Shown: positions 13,055 to 26,281 of the stretch, in pieces | How positions within the stretch are numbered: the stretch's first letter is position 1 | Layout of the letters: each line of letters starts with the position of its first letter | NCBI GenBank assembly: GCA_030141605.1 | Contig: JAQGDQ010000018.1 | Location: 558,001-622,000, forward strand | Source of the DNA: Tubiluchus corallicola | Lineage: Eukaryota > Animalia > Priapulida | Length of the DNA: 64,000 nucleotides | Reading direction: 5' to 3' | Position numbers and translations under genes: made by a program | Notes under the pieces: model-generated | Told to the model about the DNA's origin: nothing | Databases searched by the model: none | What the model saw: only the letters and a program-made list of their open reading frames with translations

Positions 13055-15427
13055 CTAGTTGAGACTGAATTCCGTGAACTGCATCATTACAACAACGTAC
13101 GTGAAGTAAAGACTAGCAATCTGAAGCAAACACATAGTTTTGTATAAGAGTCTGTTATATGTATGTATCAAGGACGAGATCTATTAATTATAGCAAGAAT
13201 GTTAATTGATAATGAATAAGCCCTTATATATATATACACATATTAAAATTTAATTGGCAATAAATGTCTTTCAGAAGATCTCAACTTGGTGATAAGCAAA
13301 AAAGCATGCACTCAAACATTTGAATATTCCTACATAATTTTTTCAAAAAAAGTGTAAAATGCAACTTACCGTGAGAATTACATCCTTTGTTATGATAATT
13401 ATACCCCAGTAAGTGAAACCAATTTTGTCACTGCTAAGTTTTGACAAGAGTAAGTTTATCTGCAAAACATTTATTCATAATTACGTATTGTCATTATTGT
13501 AATCCATAAAATTAAAAGCTGAATCTCAAACTTTGTTTATAAGCACAAAACTTTATAAGACTGATTAATGAACCATAAACGAAACTGATACCAATTCTTC
13601 ATGGGTATAGGCTTCTGGATTTTTGATAAAACGAAAATTATCACTAGGCTGTATGAGGTAGATGGAGCTAGTTGATTAGTAAATCCCAAAAGCGCTAAAA
13701 ATAAAACGGAAAACGATCATGCACTCACGCACGCACGCAGCACACGCACACATACACACACACACACACCGTTTTAATGTTAAATAGGCATTTGTTGATC
13801 TTATGACCTTTGGCCTATAAAACCAAAAGTCAATGGGTTTCCAGCTTTTGCCCTGGCCTTTTCCTTTGTCAGGTATATAGGCTTTATAATATATAGTGTT
13901 ATACTTGTAGGACGAATTCATTTACAGCATCCTTTGACTGAACCCGACTCATGGTTAATCTGGTTGCACTGTCGTCCTTGTACATTTCCAAGTCGTACAT
14001 CGACACTAGTGCTCCTTGTGCCTAAAAATAATGCGATAAATCTATGAACGATGCTAACTACATTAAGTATAATATTAACATATGTATTATGTTAATTATC
14101 ATAGGCATAAGTTTCACGTAACTAAACTCCTGCCGTACTAAACATGAAAACTGAAGATTAAGAAACAAACGTAAAAAGAAGTAGAGATCCAATAGAAAGT
14201 ACGTTCCTTTCAGGCGTATGTCAGAGATTCAATGATTTAGTTGCAATGTTGGCAGGACAACCACAACTTGTTTTACTTTTCGCTTATATTTCGCTTATTT
14301 TCTATACACTCTTATTTTAATTTTAATAGATCTGTGAAACATTTTATTGCTTATTTTAAAAGACAAATTAACAATTAGACATGATCATTAATTAAGTGAA
14401 AACATACCTCCTGGTACAGTGACGCAGCATACACAGAGATAAGAAATAATATGGATAATGTAACCGCCAACCAAAATCCGTTGATGATCATTATAATAAG
14501 ATTTGAATTAACATCACGAGACATTCTGATGAGGTCATAGGTATGCACTCCGGCATTAAGTATGGTCATAGTAAAATAGAAAAAAATTATTTTCTTAAAA
14601 TCTTCATCTGCTATTTTCACCATTTTTGTAACGCTTTGATGTCTGCGGCGCAATTTTTCCAACTGAACCGAGAGGTCGTTGACAGAAGTATCTCTGTTAC
14701 GGATTAAACTTGTTAATGATTCATTCAAATTTTCGTATTCCGTGCGAAAAATTTCACAAAGTCCACAAAAAAATGGTAACGGGAGTATCCATCCGAAGCA
14801 CACAATTGTTGTCAAAGACATGAAAATTATTTTCGTGTGGAACTTTGGCTCAAATGGTACAGCAAAAATTGTAAAAAGCTTGCGACTTTCTTCTATTGGC
14901 CCAAATGCATTAAATGATAACAAGCTTGAATTCAGGAATGAAACTACCCAACCTACGGTGACCAAAACACGAACATGACGTGTAATTCGGTTTGTAATGA
15001 CTTCACTGAAACAGACATCTTCATGAAAGTATCTGAAGATTACTTGAAAATGGCGTTTTTTTCTGAAAGCATTATGTATGACTGCAGTATTGCAAAACAC
15101 CATAAAATGCCAGCTGGCAACAACTGCAAACCATAGTGGGGAAAATAGTGTATTTTGTAAGATGAAAGTAAACAGATATCGAACAAGCTGAACAGCCAGA
15201 AATAATAAAATCACTGCAGAATAACTCAAACTTATCCATCTCAATAACGACTGATTTTCGTTGGGACTTTGCATTAGCGGACACAAACCAGTAACGTAAA
15301 GACTTCGAAGAGCTGGCTTCAGCAACTGATATAATTTGTTTTCACCATCGTCACTGACTGGTGCGAGTATCTGCTTCGTGTATATCGGATTGACTTTCCT
15401 GGATGATTTCAAGCTGAACTTATACAT
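13055..15427 (-). CDS. Gustatory receptor-like 7TM protein, GRL-A (~430 aa, 4 coding exons)
   Basis: Exons 15427-14408, 14021-13905 (AQGALVSMYDL..FVLQ), 13459-13370 (INLLLSKL..IGFTYWGIIIITKDVILT), 13120-13055 (IASLYFTYVVVMMQFTEFSLN*). All introns GT-AG, phase 0. Multiple hydrophobic helices and TYxxxxxQF motif. Start codon uncertain: the frame is open back to a possible acceptor AG at 15452-15453. Confidence 0.9.
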
Positions 15428-16547
15428 AGCTTCCTTCGTCTTTGATGGCAACTATAGTTATTACATAAACTTTCTATTTGGCCAAACAGCCTCTATTTAA
15501 CGAAGGCAATTTCGGTTAACTATTTGCAATGTACAAGTTATTGATCGGTGCATAATAGAAAACTGAAAATGTCTTTTTGCTTATTCGGTTTGTTTGAAAT
15601 AACAGAATAATATATCATAGTGACATCGTTGCGTGGGCACTCTTGCGTGAGCTAATATGTGTCTTGAATGTTGACCCAAAACAGGATAATGCAATGCAAG
15701 CGAGGTGCTTTCACAACTGTATCGTTATTATTACTAATTGACCTTAGGTACATATGCAGTTCAATAATTAATTATTGCTGCACTAACAACATGAAAACAG
15801 AATATAATAGGTAACTTATTTATAAATACGACTATTTTACCACTTATTTGTAAAAAAGGAACACAATAAATTACTGCTTCAACACATTTACAGTTATGCA
15901 TTTATTTGGCAAATCTCGTTCGAGATTGCAAAATAGGAGGTATGGTGTTGCAAATGGCGAAAAATATCTGTAAGTTTTATGAGGTAATTTCATCAGACGC
16001 TCGCCATGCTTATCTAGCAGCTCTGAATTCAATGGCTAAGTATTTAAAGTCATAACGACTCGCTGGTACTTCGTTTCAATTTGAAAAGAGTTACTCACAA
16101 AACTCTTCGACAAATAACATTTTGAGCCCAGCAGGCATTTATGGTGTTGCTAAACATGGATATAGTTATACTCAAGTCTTACAGCAAAAATGTGCATTAT
16201 TGAAGATTGCATGTGCACAGAGGCTGATATGAGTGGCTAAACTGTAGATTGCGTACTGTAGAGTAAATAGCAATTTCGTAAACAACAATATCTTTGACAT
16301 ACTGTAAGAACTGAAATACGTTATTAATACAACTAGACAAAATTTCAGATTTTTCTCTTTAAAACTATGAGAGGAGCAATATCAACACAAAATCAGCACA
16401 AACAACAACAGACGAAAAAGAAAAAATGCAAAAAATCGAATGAATTAAATTCTCACATGCTAAAGACGGGAAACTGCCCCTTAATAACTACGAAGTCTGT
16501 AGTCATGATTCCAACTTTGAATAGATAATTCACTTGCATGGGGTACA

Positions 16548-19500
16548 TTAAGCAAAGTTGAATTGCATCATGATGATAACGTACGTGAAATACACACTTG
16601 CCAACTGAAACAAAAAGAAAAGTGTTAAAACCTAATCAATTAAGGCTACTGCTTAGATTTTTTTATGCAAATGTGAAATAAGCCTTCAGAATGATGAAGA
16701 TAATGAGTGGGGGTGTTTTGCAAATTCTAATTTTTCTTTGCATTAATTTAGTTTTATTTGTGTTAACATTGCAATAACTGTAATAAGCGATTCACAGTTA
16801 TGTTAACGTATTTCTTACGAAGATCACTGCATTAAATGACATTAGTATACAAATGAGTATTACCGTGAGAATAACTTCTTTTGTGATTATAATGATTCCC
16901 CAGTAAGAAAATCCCACGCTGCTATTTGCAAGTTTCGACGTAAGCAAATTAACCTATAAAAGAAAGTTATCTGTGTACATAGTCCCATCAAAAACGAAGC
17001 TTTCTGACTACTTGTGCATAACTAGTTACACGAAATTAAGTGGGATCGATCAAATCCATACTGACTATAGCAAACAATAAATGCAAGCTTTACAGGCCAC
17101 TGTGTCGTCATGGTATGACACTCATTCATTCATTCCTTATCATTTATTTCGACATTCATTACAATACAATATCAATACATACACATTTAATATAATGTAT
17201 TTCATTATAAAAAACGTATTAATGTCAAAAAGACTAGTCGAGGAGAGATTACCTCTAAGGCATAAGCCGCTACCAAAAATGTTACCGATTAATGGCAACG
17301 AGTGCCACGCTGCTTTCACTGATTTACATGCAATGCAGCAAATTTTTGTGCCCTTCTGTACAAATTTTATTGCATGGAAAAACTGAAAACACACCATTCT
17401 TTGTTTTGTTGTCATCGTCGTCGTAGTCGTTGGTATTGTAATGATCATCATTTTCGTCGTTGTTGTCGTCATTGCTTTTGTTGTTAGTATTGTTGCTAGT
17501 CTTCCTGTAATTTCTCTTGACTGAATTAAGCATTATATTGTGAGTGGTATAATACAAACAACGTTATTACCGACCAAGTCTAAAGAAGAGAGTGGCTAAT
17601 AACGTAAAAAATTTTCTTACTTTCCAGCGTACTGACAGATGAATAACCTAGACAATGAAGAGTGACAACGCTCAAACTTTTCTAGTTTTTAAAGAGCCAT
17701 TCGGCGTGATAAGCATGGACATTATGATGTCGGTTCTTTACCTTTATGAAAGTATCAAAATAATCTTGCCCTGACAGTCATAGACCAGGTAATGCATTAT
17801 TCTACCCTTGCCAAGTCGAGAGGCATATGCTGTGACAAGTGCCTTGTGCCAATTTATATCTCGCCACAGTATTCCTAAAACAATCTTTGCAGAGAGATGA
17901 ACCAAATTCACTTCAGCTCTTATTTAAGATCTAGAACAACTTTTAGGAATACAAAGGCATGTTCAAATCCCATACAATACAAAATGTAACAGGTTATGTG
18001 AAAGAACGAACTCTTCCCTGAAACAGTGAATCAACAAACTGACTCAAACAAACAAATGTCTGAACTGGGATGAGGTGCTTTCCTTCATTCCTTTGCTTAC
18101 TGGGTAGAAACTACTAAAAAGGCGCGATTTGATCTGGTCTAAGGGTACGAAGTGAGCAGACCCACAGCAACACTTCGTCATACCGGAGGATGCAGTGAAT
18201 CTTGTTCAGTGTAATGTTGAATATGTTATTCAAGTATTGCATTACCTAAAATCTTACACCACAGAAGCCTAAGAAGTCTTTTTGACGACAAAATTGGTTG
18301 AGAAAGAGTGATATAACCAATATAGGTGAAGAAGGACCCCGAAGTTGTTCAAAAAGCTTTCCTGCCATTACCAATTAATCAGAGAAAACTGGAAACACTT
18401 CTTCGTGGTCTGTATGGGGTCAGTGAGAAAATCCCTGATGAATTTTACGGTATTAGTTGCATTCCTTTCCAGAGCGAGACGAATGGGATATTCTCCTTTC
18501 ACACAAGTGCGTTTAAGAAGCAGAGGTTGAGAGTGAGAATGTGCAACTTTTTTTCCGAAGATGAACAGTCGTCCGATTCTGATTCTCAACCAAAGTTAAG
18601 ACATTCTAGAAGTTTCAATACTATGTCGTTTCAGTAATGCTAGGATCGATGCTTCCCAACTAACACGGTTAATGCAAGTTATCTGAACACTTAACACCTT
18701 CACAACAATGTGAACTGAAACACGTCTTTGAGCACAAAGAGATTCTTTCCTAGTAAACCTGACATGACTCGTCTTATCAAGCATGACGAAAAGATCAGAA
18801 CTGATGAGCCAGACCAGACAAAATTTTATAACATTCAAAGCCCGTTATAGACTTCCCCAAGCCAGAAAAAACCGTGAGAGACGAAAAAAGGAATAAATGC
18901 TTTCCGGTAGAATGATAGCAGAAATAGACGACGTATTTCAAAGTCCAATAGCTTCTGCTCCTAAAGAAGGTGGAAGTATTCGTCTAGCATTGATTTTCGC
19001 AAAGTAAGCTGTCTCGCCAATTGTGACTTCTATTCAATTCCAAGAAGATCACATGCTCAACCAGCTCCACAGTGCCAAATCCCTCTCAAAGTTGATCATC
19101 ACAAAATACTATTGGCAAATTCCTCTTGATGAAAAATCTAAACCCATAACCACTTTTGTTGCAAAATTTGATAAATTTAGATTTAACGTAATGCCTCAGT
19201 GGCTCCAGCTCAATTCTTAGTAGACAAGATTCTTACACCAGCTTTGCACAACGCCTTTGGCTTTATTGGTGATACTCTTATCAAAAGCAGATCCTGGGAG
19301 GAATACTTGGAACATCTGTCAATAGTACTATTACCAATCAAAGAGGCTGGCTTGACAGTAAAGACTTCTAAATCCGAGTTTGCCCAATATCACTTTAAAG
19401 GCTTAGGTCACTTTGTTGGAGACAATGCTTTGTAGCCTCAAATTGAAACGAAACAACACTTTTGGTAAATTTTCGGCAACGAAGGCCTGCAACGAAGAAA

Positions 19501-22500
19501 CAGATTAAATCCTTCGTTGCCTAAGCCGGTTATTACCAGAAGTTCATAGAGATATATTTAAGCAAAGCAGATCCATTACACGAGCTCACCAAGAAGGATA
19601 AACCAAATGAAACCTGTCACGAAGAATGCTAGAAGGACTTTCTTTGTCTTCAAAAAGCATTGAATCCCAAACTTGTTTTACGTATACCAGCTCACCAAGG
19701 CTGGGTTTAATTTTTTATTGAATGCGCAACATTTCGTGCCCCTAAATCGCCTTTTTTCTTTCTTTGACGGTACGTACATAGTCCCTTTGTTTTTTATGGA
19801 CCCTCTCAACTTGTTTATACGGCTGGTTGCAAAGCTGAGCAACAAGTTTTTAATGTTTCCTAAATTTGCAATTTTTTATTGATATCATTAACCCAAAATT
19901 TGTAAATCTTGTTGTGCGAGTAAAGCAACATTACTTTCCTTGATAATTGGTCTGCGAAAATTCAGAAAGATCATAATTTCTTTTTGCTTTTCATTTCGCA
20001 CAACATTTCGAAATGTTTCAGTTTGTTTGTTATGTTCAACATTAAATAAATTAAAAGACAATGCAAACAATTGTCACTGATGTAATGATGCATTTGATAC
20101 AAAAAAGATACAAAGGTCATTTCTATTTAGAACGTGAATTGGTGGTATTTCGTCCTATGAAATAGTCAAACTTTGTTTTTTACTAGTGTGCATAGCATTT
20201 ATGCTATCAGCTACCCTTCAAGATCAGAATTTTTGTGATTATTATCTTGTTAACGTGTGAGACATTTATTCAAAGATTACGTAGATGGAAATATGCTCAC
20301 ATAATTACTACAATATAGTAGCAGATAACTGCCAATTAATTATAATCTTTCCGCCAGGGACGCCTCGACCCGCATTCTATCTATCATTATCATCCTATTA
20401 TCATCCAGGTGAGCGAGGTGTTCACGAGATGTTAGCGTGAATTTACGTTTTGGCTTTGTTTATGTAGACGGTAGAGTTTGTTTCCAGTTTGCTGTTCGTT
20501 CAATGTCTCAGTCGATTTTGTTACGTACCGTGAATCTATGGTGAAGTGATGCTGTGATGACGTCTTGTTGTCACGATCTCCTTGAATGACGTTCACTACA
20601 AGCTATTATCAAATCTCAGCTATGAAATTCGCACTCATTTCTGGCATTTGGTGCTAGACTGGCGTACACAGGTTTATGCAGGAGACTCCTTTATGCGCTT
20701 TGATCGTGACTGTACGTACCGAGTACCCACGAATGTTTGGAAAATGCGGAGTGAGATATCGCCAAGAATAAGGCTCTACGTGTATAATGTAAATCTTAAA
20801 CTCACCCGCTTACGTGCATAATAAGCCGGTTTCATGTTCCATCTCCCATTCCATAATCATGATTTTCATTTGCTAATTTGTTTATTGAGATTTTTGTAAG
20901 CGCTTATAATACGAAAATCCACCCCAGACAATCCAGGGGTGGAATTGAGATGCCGCTTTGATGGGGGGCTCTTCAATCTGTCGCGTTTTCGAGCCAGGAA
21001 CCGCACCACAACCTTCAGAGTGACAGAGCTGCAATATGCGGATGATAATGCGGCACCAGCCCACTCAGCCAATCACCTGCAACAATCAGTCAGCAACTTC
21101 TGTGACGCATATTCTCGCTTTGGCCTTACAGTCAACATAGGAAAAACCAAAGTTATTGTCCAACCATCACCTGAAGCAGACACACCAGTATGTAACATTT
21201 CCATTAATGGTGCAGATCTAGAATGTGTTGAACATTTCCCGTACCTGGGCAGTCTACTCTCCGTCCAGTGCAACTCAACAAAGGATGTGGAAAATAGGCT
21301 TAGAGCTGCCCATGCCGCTTTCGGCAGACTCTCAACCCGTGTCTTTGGTAATGCTCATCTAACTCGTCGAACCAAGCTGATGGTCTATAATGCTATTGTC
21401 GTTTCCACACTCCTTTACGGATGTGAAACATGGACTCTGTACCGCCAAGACCTGAAAAAACTCGAACAGTTCCACCAGAAAAAGCTTCGCTCAGTTTCCA
21501 ACATCAGATGGGATGATTATGTCACCAATAATTCAGTTCTCGAGAGATTAAACACCACTAGTATAGAAGCTATGATTACGAAACATCGGCTAAGCTGGGC
21601 AGGTCATGTAGCACGTATGGACGAAAACAGACTTCCCCGAAGGATCCTCTTCAGTGAGCTGAGCACTGGAAAACGACCCCTGGGCCGCCCTAGGCGCCGC
21701 TACAAGGACCAACTAAAAGAAACCCTGCAATCAGCAAGGATCGATCCAGAAACCTGGGAGCAGACAGCGCGGCAGCGAACAAAGTGGAGAAGAGTCATCC
21801 AGGAAGGGACTGAGCATTTTGAAACAACCAGACGAGCAGCAATTGAAGCCAAACGTCAACGAAGGAAAGAGAAGGCCCGTCAACCTCAGGTAACTCCCAC
21901 CATCCAATGTGACAAATGCACCAGAATGTTTCGAGCAAGGATCGGGCTGTTAAGCCACCAACGTGCCCACCACAGCTAGTAACTTCGACCGAAAGGACAA
22001 TACTCGGAAACGAGTGAAAGCCGACGACGACGACGATAATACGAAAAACAGATATGCCAAGTCGCTACCATTAATTTTACATGCGTTTTATTTTTTGGTT
22101 TCAAATGATGAATGGAGCTCCAGAAGTACTCCCGTAATAAATATAACATCAAAGTCCTTAGACCCTCCTTTTTATGGCCATCACAGGGAGCAAGAATTCA
22201 AACAATTATTTCAATGAATTTAGAGCCTACTTTCAGATAATAAAAAAGTAATTTTGGTTCATTTCAGCACCCTCTTTCCGAGAACGCTCCCTTAGTTCTA
22301 GATTGCATTTTTTGCCCAGTTTTCTGATGTCCTGTCATTTCACTGTGTAATTCGGTTGTCCTCTTTTTCACTGCCCAATTTTGTACGAAATAGAACAGCT
22401 GCCTTCTTTACAAAAGCTTCTTTACCCTCTATGGCTCTGTCTCTTGGTAGAGTTCTTTAAAACAGTATAAATTAAGTAAAGCTTACATAATTAATGAATC

Positions 22501-24546
22501 ATACAAGTTGAAACATGTTCATAACTATTACCTGCAAAATAAATTTGCTCATGACATCACAATGCTGCTCATAACTTATTGTCGATTTGGTAGCAATGTT
22601 AACAGCATTTTCGCACATTTTCAGATCGTAGATCAAATCCAATCCAGCATGAGCCTGGTAAATATAAATCGTGGGTTGAATATTACTGTTTGACAAAAAC
22701 GTTTTGTCACAATCACAGCCCGTCTCATAAAATAGTACATACGTTAGACATTTACATATGAAGGAAATAGATACTCTCACGCACACATGCATCAGGAGGA
22801 ACGTATGACCTAATAGTTAATTAACTGAAGGAGAAGGTGTTGAAAAATTGTAGGCTAACCAACGCATAAACCCAGAGCCACACGCACACACGCTCGCGCA
22901 CACACACGCATGCACGCGCACACACACACACACGTAGCAATTGACGATGTCACCAGACCCGGATTATCCTATAGGCTGGAGCCTATGGACCCTCAAACTT
23001 AAAGAGAGGGGCTGATTTTGAATTGCTGAGTAATTCATTTAGCTTAAAATAAAGTTTCAACTTTAAAAGTGTCCCCTGTTAGTGGCCCCTCATTTGATAT
23101 AAAGGGCCTCTGTTTGAGACATTTATGTGAGACAAAAGGTCATTGTTTGAGGCCCTTCATTTGAGATAAGGGACCCCAATTTGAAGATCTTTATTTGAGA
23201 TAAGGGGTTCCCAGGTATTTTTAAATGTCGGGTGGCTCCGTCTGAGGGTTCCATAATTTCATCAGAGCAGGGGCCCAAAATGTCATAATCCGGCCCTTGT
23301 TACACCGTAAGTACAGTACAACAGATTCTCAAGAGAACATTCGTGCCGCTATTTCTTGGATAAACTTTGCCTGAACTTAGTTCACATGATTAATCGTCTC
23401 ATTTAACACGGAGGAACTATTCTTATTAGATTGATGCAGCAGACTATATTTATAACAATGCAAAGATATCACCGAGCCTACCTCTTCGTGCAAGGCTGCA
23501 GCACACATAGTAATGAGCAACATAAACACCAAAACACTCAGCAACCAAAAAGAGTAGATAATGATGTCACTAAGATGCTGATCTATGTTTTGTAGAGCCT
23601 TTATTAGGTGAAATGAAAGTAAGCATGATCCAATTATTTGTGTTGTTAAAAGAACAAAGATAATCTTTTTGAAATCTTGATCAGCCAATTTCACAAGTTT
23701 GGTTATTAGGTGATGGTCGCGACGTATCTTTTCCAAACGAGCACACAAATGATCTATTGGCACATCTGCATAGTCTTGCACAAAAGACGCAATATAACCA
23801 TTGATAGTTTTAAATTGCACATGAAAAATGAGGCAGAGTCCAGCAAAATACGGTACAGGTAACATGTATGCCATTGTCACGAATGTTGTCAGCGTAACAA
23901 AAATGACTTTGGCAAACATATTTGGTTCAAACGGCACAACGAAAACCAAGAAGACCTTTCTACTTTGTTCAAAAGGCCCAAATGCGTTAAAAATAATCAG
24001 TGCCGTATTAACGAAGCATGTAATCCAACCAGCCACAACCATGATGCGAATGGTGCGCGTGATTTTCTTTGTAGCGGAATTATGGATGGAAATAGTCTCC
24101 TGGAAGTATTTATATAGAACGTCACTGTGGCCTTGTTTTCTGAAGGCGATGTGAATAACTGTGGTGGTGCAAAAGACCATGAAGTGCCAATTAGTTATTA
24201 TTAGCAGCATCATGAGGTTTGCGTAATCAGGCTGCAGTACGATTCCTAGAAAATAGCGTGCCAGATGGATGCCCAACAAAGCTAACACTAATGTGGAATA
24301 GATCAAGCTGGCCAAATGCCATAAGGTGTACTTTCCATTTAAATTCGGCATCAATGGACATAGACCGGCGACATTGAGGCTGAGCAGAGCTGGCTTTAAT
24401 AATGCGTATAGTTTACTCTCATTGGGGTTGATTGCAGGTATTGTCTGCAGGTGCTCCTTGTGCATTTTTAAACCATACTCCAAAGTGTCAGCAGGCTGAT
24501 CACCACTTTCACGTTCAACGTGTACTTTTGCATTTAATCTAAACAT
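16548..24546 (-). CDS. Gustatory receptor-like 7TM protein, GRL-B (~444 aa, 4 coding exons)
   Basis: Exons 24546-23482, 22654-22532 (AHAGLDLIYDLK..FILQ), 16953-16864 (VNLLTSKL..VGFSYWGIIIITKEVILT), 16604-16548 (LASVYFTYVIIMMQFNFA*). GT-AG phase-0 introns; intron 2 (5.6 kb) holds two retroelements. Confidence 0.9.
17690..19670 (+). mobile_element. Degenerate Ty3/Gypsy LTR-retrotransposon pol, integrase upstream of RT (Gmr1-like)
   Basis: Integrase core at ~17690-18100 (EPFGVISMDI, LTVIDQ..HY, FISRHSIPKTI, LLGI..PYN..CNRLCERTNSSLK, WDEVL..FAY). RT at ~18835-19620 (SPYRLP, PKEGGSIRL, YWQIPLDEKSKPITTF, FRFNVMP, FIGDTLI..WEEYLEHL, GLGHFVG, AGYYQKFI, PLHELTKK). Many stops and frameshifts; LTRs not identified. 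Confidence 0.8.
20918..22035 (+). mobile_element. 5'-truncated RTE-clade LINE with uninterrupted 3' ORF, (GAC)n tail and 12-bp TSD
   Basis: ORF 20939-21979 has YADD, FGLTVNIGKT, FPYLGS, LLYGCETW, WAGHVARM, GKRPLGRPRRRYKD and a terminal CxxC..H...H finger. Tail gacgacgacgacg at 22023-22035; TSD ATAATACGAAAA at 20906-20917 and 22036-22047. Confidence 0.95.
22954..23299. mobile_element. MITE with CAG..CCGGATTAT terminal inverted repeats (hAT-like), in GRL-B intron 1
   Basis: cagacccggattat at 22954 versus ataatccggccct at 23285; internal tttgagata-type subrepeats. TSD not clear. Confidence 0.55.
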
Positions 24547-25046
24547 TTTTGGATCAAACACTACTAAACTTTGTTAATTTTATTTACAATAATTCTGGAT
24601 GCTAACTCTAAGTTTACTTGATTGGCGCGTCAAATATGCTGTGTTAGCTTACGTGGTCAAGTACGACACAAACGCTCATGCAGACAACGTGTTTTCAATA
24701 AATACTAATGGTACTATATGAATTGCCCTAATCATAATGCCAGTTAATGTTTGTTATGTTAGTGTTTTCTATGCAGTCCAAATATTTACTTTTGACGAAA
24801 TGCTTGTTACTTCCAATGCTATTATCTTTTATATATGATTGCAAGTCGTGTTTAGTTTATTGACTAAACCTAACTCGAAATGCCTGGCCCTTAAACGCTG
24901 TTAGGTGCTCTCGTCGTATCCGCTGGCAAATTTGGTTATATCCATCTTTTTATTTGAAATTAGCAATACGCCTTAACTTTGGAGTTTTTAGACTCGCAAT
25001 AATTATTGTAATGTAAGGAGTTGCTAGTAAGGAGTTGGAGAAAGAG

Positions 25047-25125
25047 GGGGAGCTGAAAAATTGTTGACTAATCGGGTTTCGAACCCGAGACCTGGAATTA
25101 ATACTACCGTGGCCATCCGAACTAC
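25047..25125 (-). mobile_element. Possible tRNA-derived SINE head (pol III A/B boxes)
   Basis: Minus strand reads tagttcggatgg (A-box-like) ... gggttcgaaacc (B-box-like); no full cloverleaf. Confidence 0.3.
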
Positions 25126-25767
25126 ATGACAGAGCAGGCCTGAGATTTTCTGCTTATAGCACGTAATCCAAGGATGTGTGCTGCAAGAACGAAAACTGCT
25201 GTATAAAATAAGTCAAGGGCTCCTAAATTTACATTTTAATGAATTCTTTGGTTATACCCCCCCCCCCATACAAAGGGTCTGAGAATTCATAGTATTACAC
25301 AGTATAAAAAATTTTGTAGATTAAACTCATTCAAATATTCGTTTGCAAACTGTGTTGTAAATATTTTAATGCTACTAACCTTAGCCGTTTTACTTTGCTG
25401 CAAATCAATTTTAATTCGTTATTAAACTTAACTTTTTTATATTTTAATAGAAATTTTAATTAAGAATAGCTTCCCTGTGTAAGCGGCATGTACCTGGACG
25501 AGGTTACACAAAGCCGTCACTAAGTTAACGACGTCGTTAATATCTCTTTAGTGACGATTTTAGCGAGCTCGTTAGCGTTTGCTTTTCACGCGATTGACAT
25601 TAACATTGACGATTCACACTAACATGATTGTAATAATTGAAGCCGTATAAAATGCACTAGCGTAGTAGTGACCTGAACTTGAAGGTTTCTGCCCTATAAA
25701 TTTAATTCCCTTCACCTATTTGTCTCGAACATTATAGAACATTGTTTGTTATCGACTTTCAGTGCAC

Positions 25768-26281
25768 AGTAAAAATGGCACAAGTAAAAATGGCGCGGTA
25801 AAAATTGCGTAAGAAAAAATGGCACAGGAAAAATGGCATAAATGGGAAAATAGGAAAAACATGCACACTTGTAAAATACGAGTTTAGGATTAGGGTTTAC
25901 TGTGGGGGATAATTATTTTAGTTATTTATACCACTGTTAAGGATGTTGTGCTTCAACACTGTTTGTTTGTTTGGTTTGTTGGTTTTTGTCTGCTACATAA
26001 TAGCAAACTTATTATACAAAAATTACTTAACAGATTTCTAGCTCGAAGTTTTGCGAAAAAGGTGGCGGCAAAAAAGTGTATTTTGACGCAGACTCCTGGG
26101 CGGAGGAGGGGATGAAACTTCCAAAATGGATGGTTTTCGTTTGTTTTTTTCACAAAACTTGACCGAACATCACGTACAAAAAACATTCGTAAAGCGTCGT
26201 AAGGTCTCAGAGGGGGTGTTATAGCTCTTTGGAAAGCAGGCTTTAGAAGATAACTATGAGTTTGTTCCAGGTTCCACTTTC
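25768..26281 (+). mobile_element. Truncated second copy of the AAAAATGGCAC-array element
   Basis: Same subrepeat array, followed by sequence colinear with 11350-11720 (e.g. cacgtacaa.aaac.ttcgt.aagc; acta.gagtt.gtt.caggttcca). Right end missing. Confidence 0.75.

Noticed and set aside
20340-20830. Possible LTR of the Gypsy relic
   Set aside because: No second copy, primer-binding site or polypurine tract could be identified.
25047-25125. tRNA gene
   Set aside because: A/B-box-like motifs only, with no acceptor stem or anticodon arm; kept as a low-confidence SINE. A similar fragment at ~58270-58330 is also not called.
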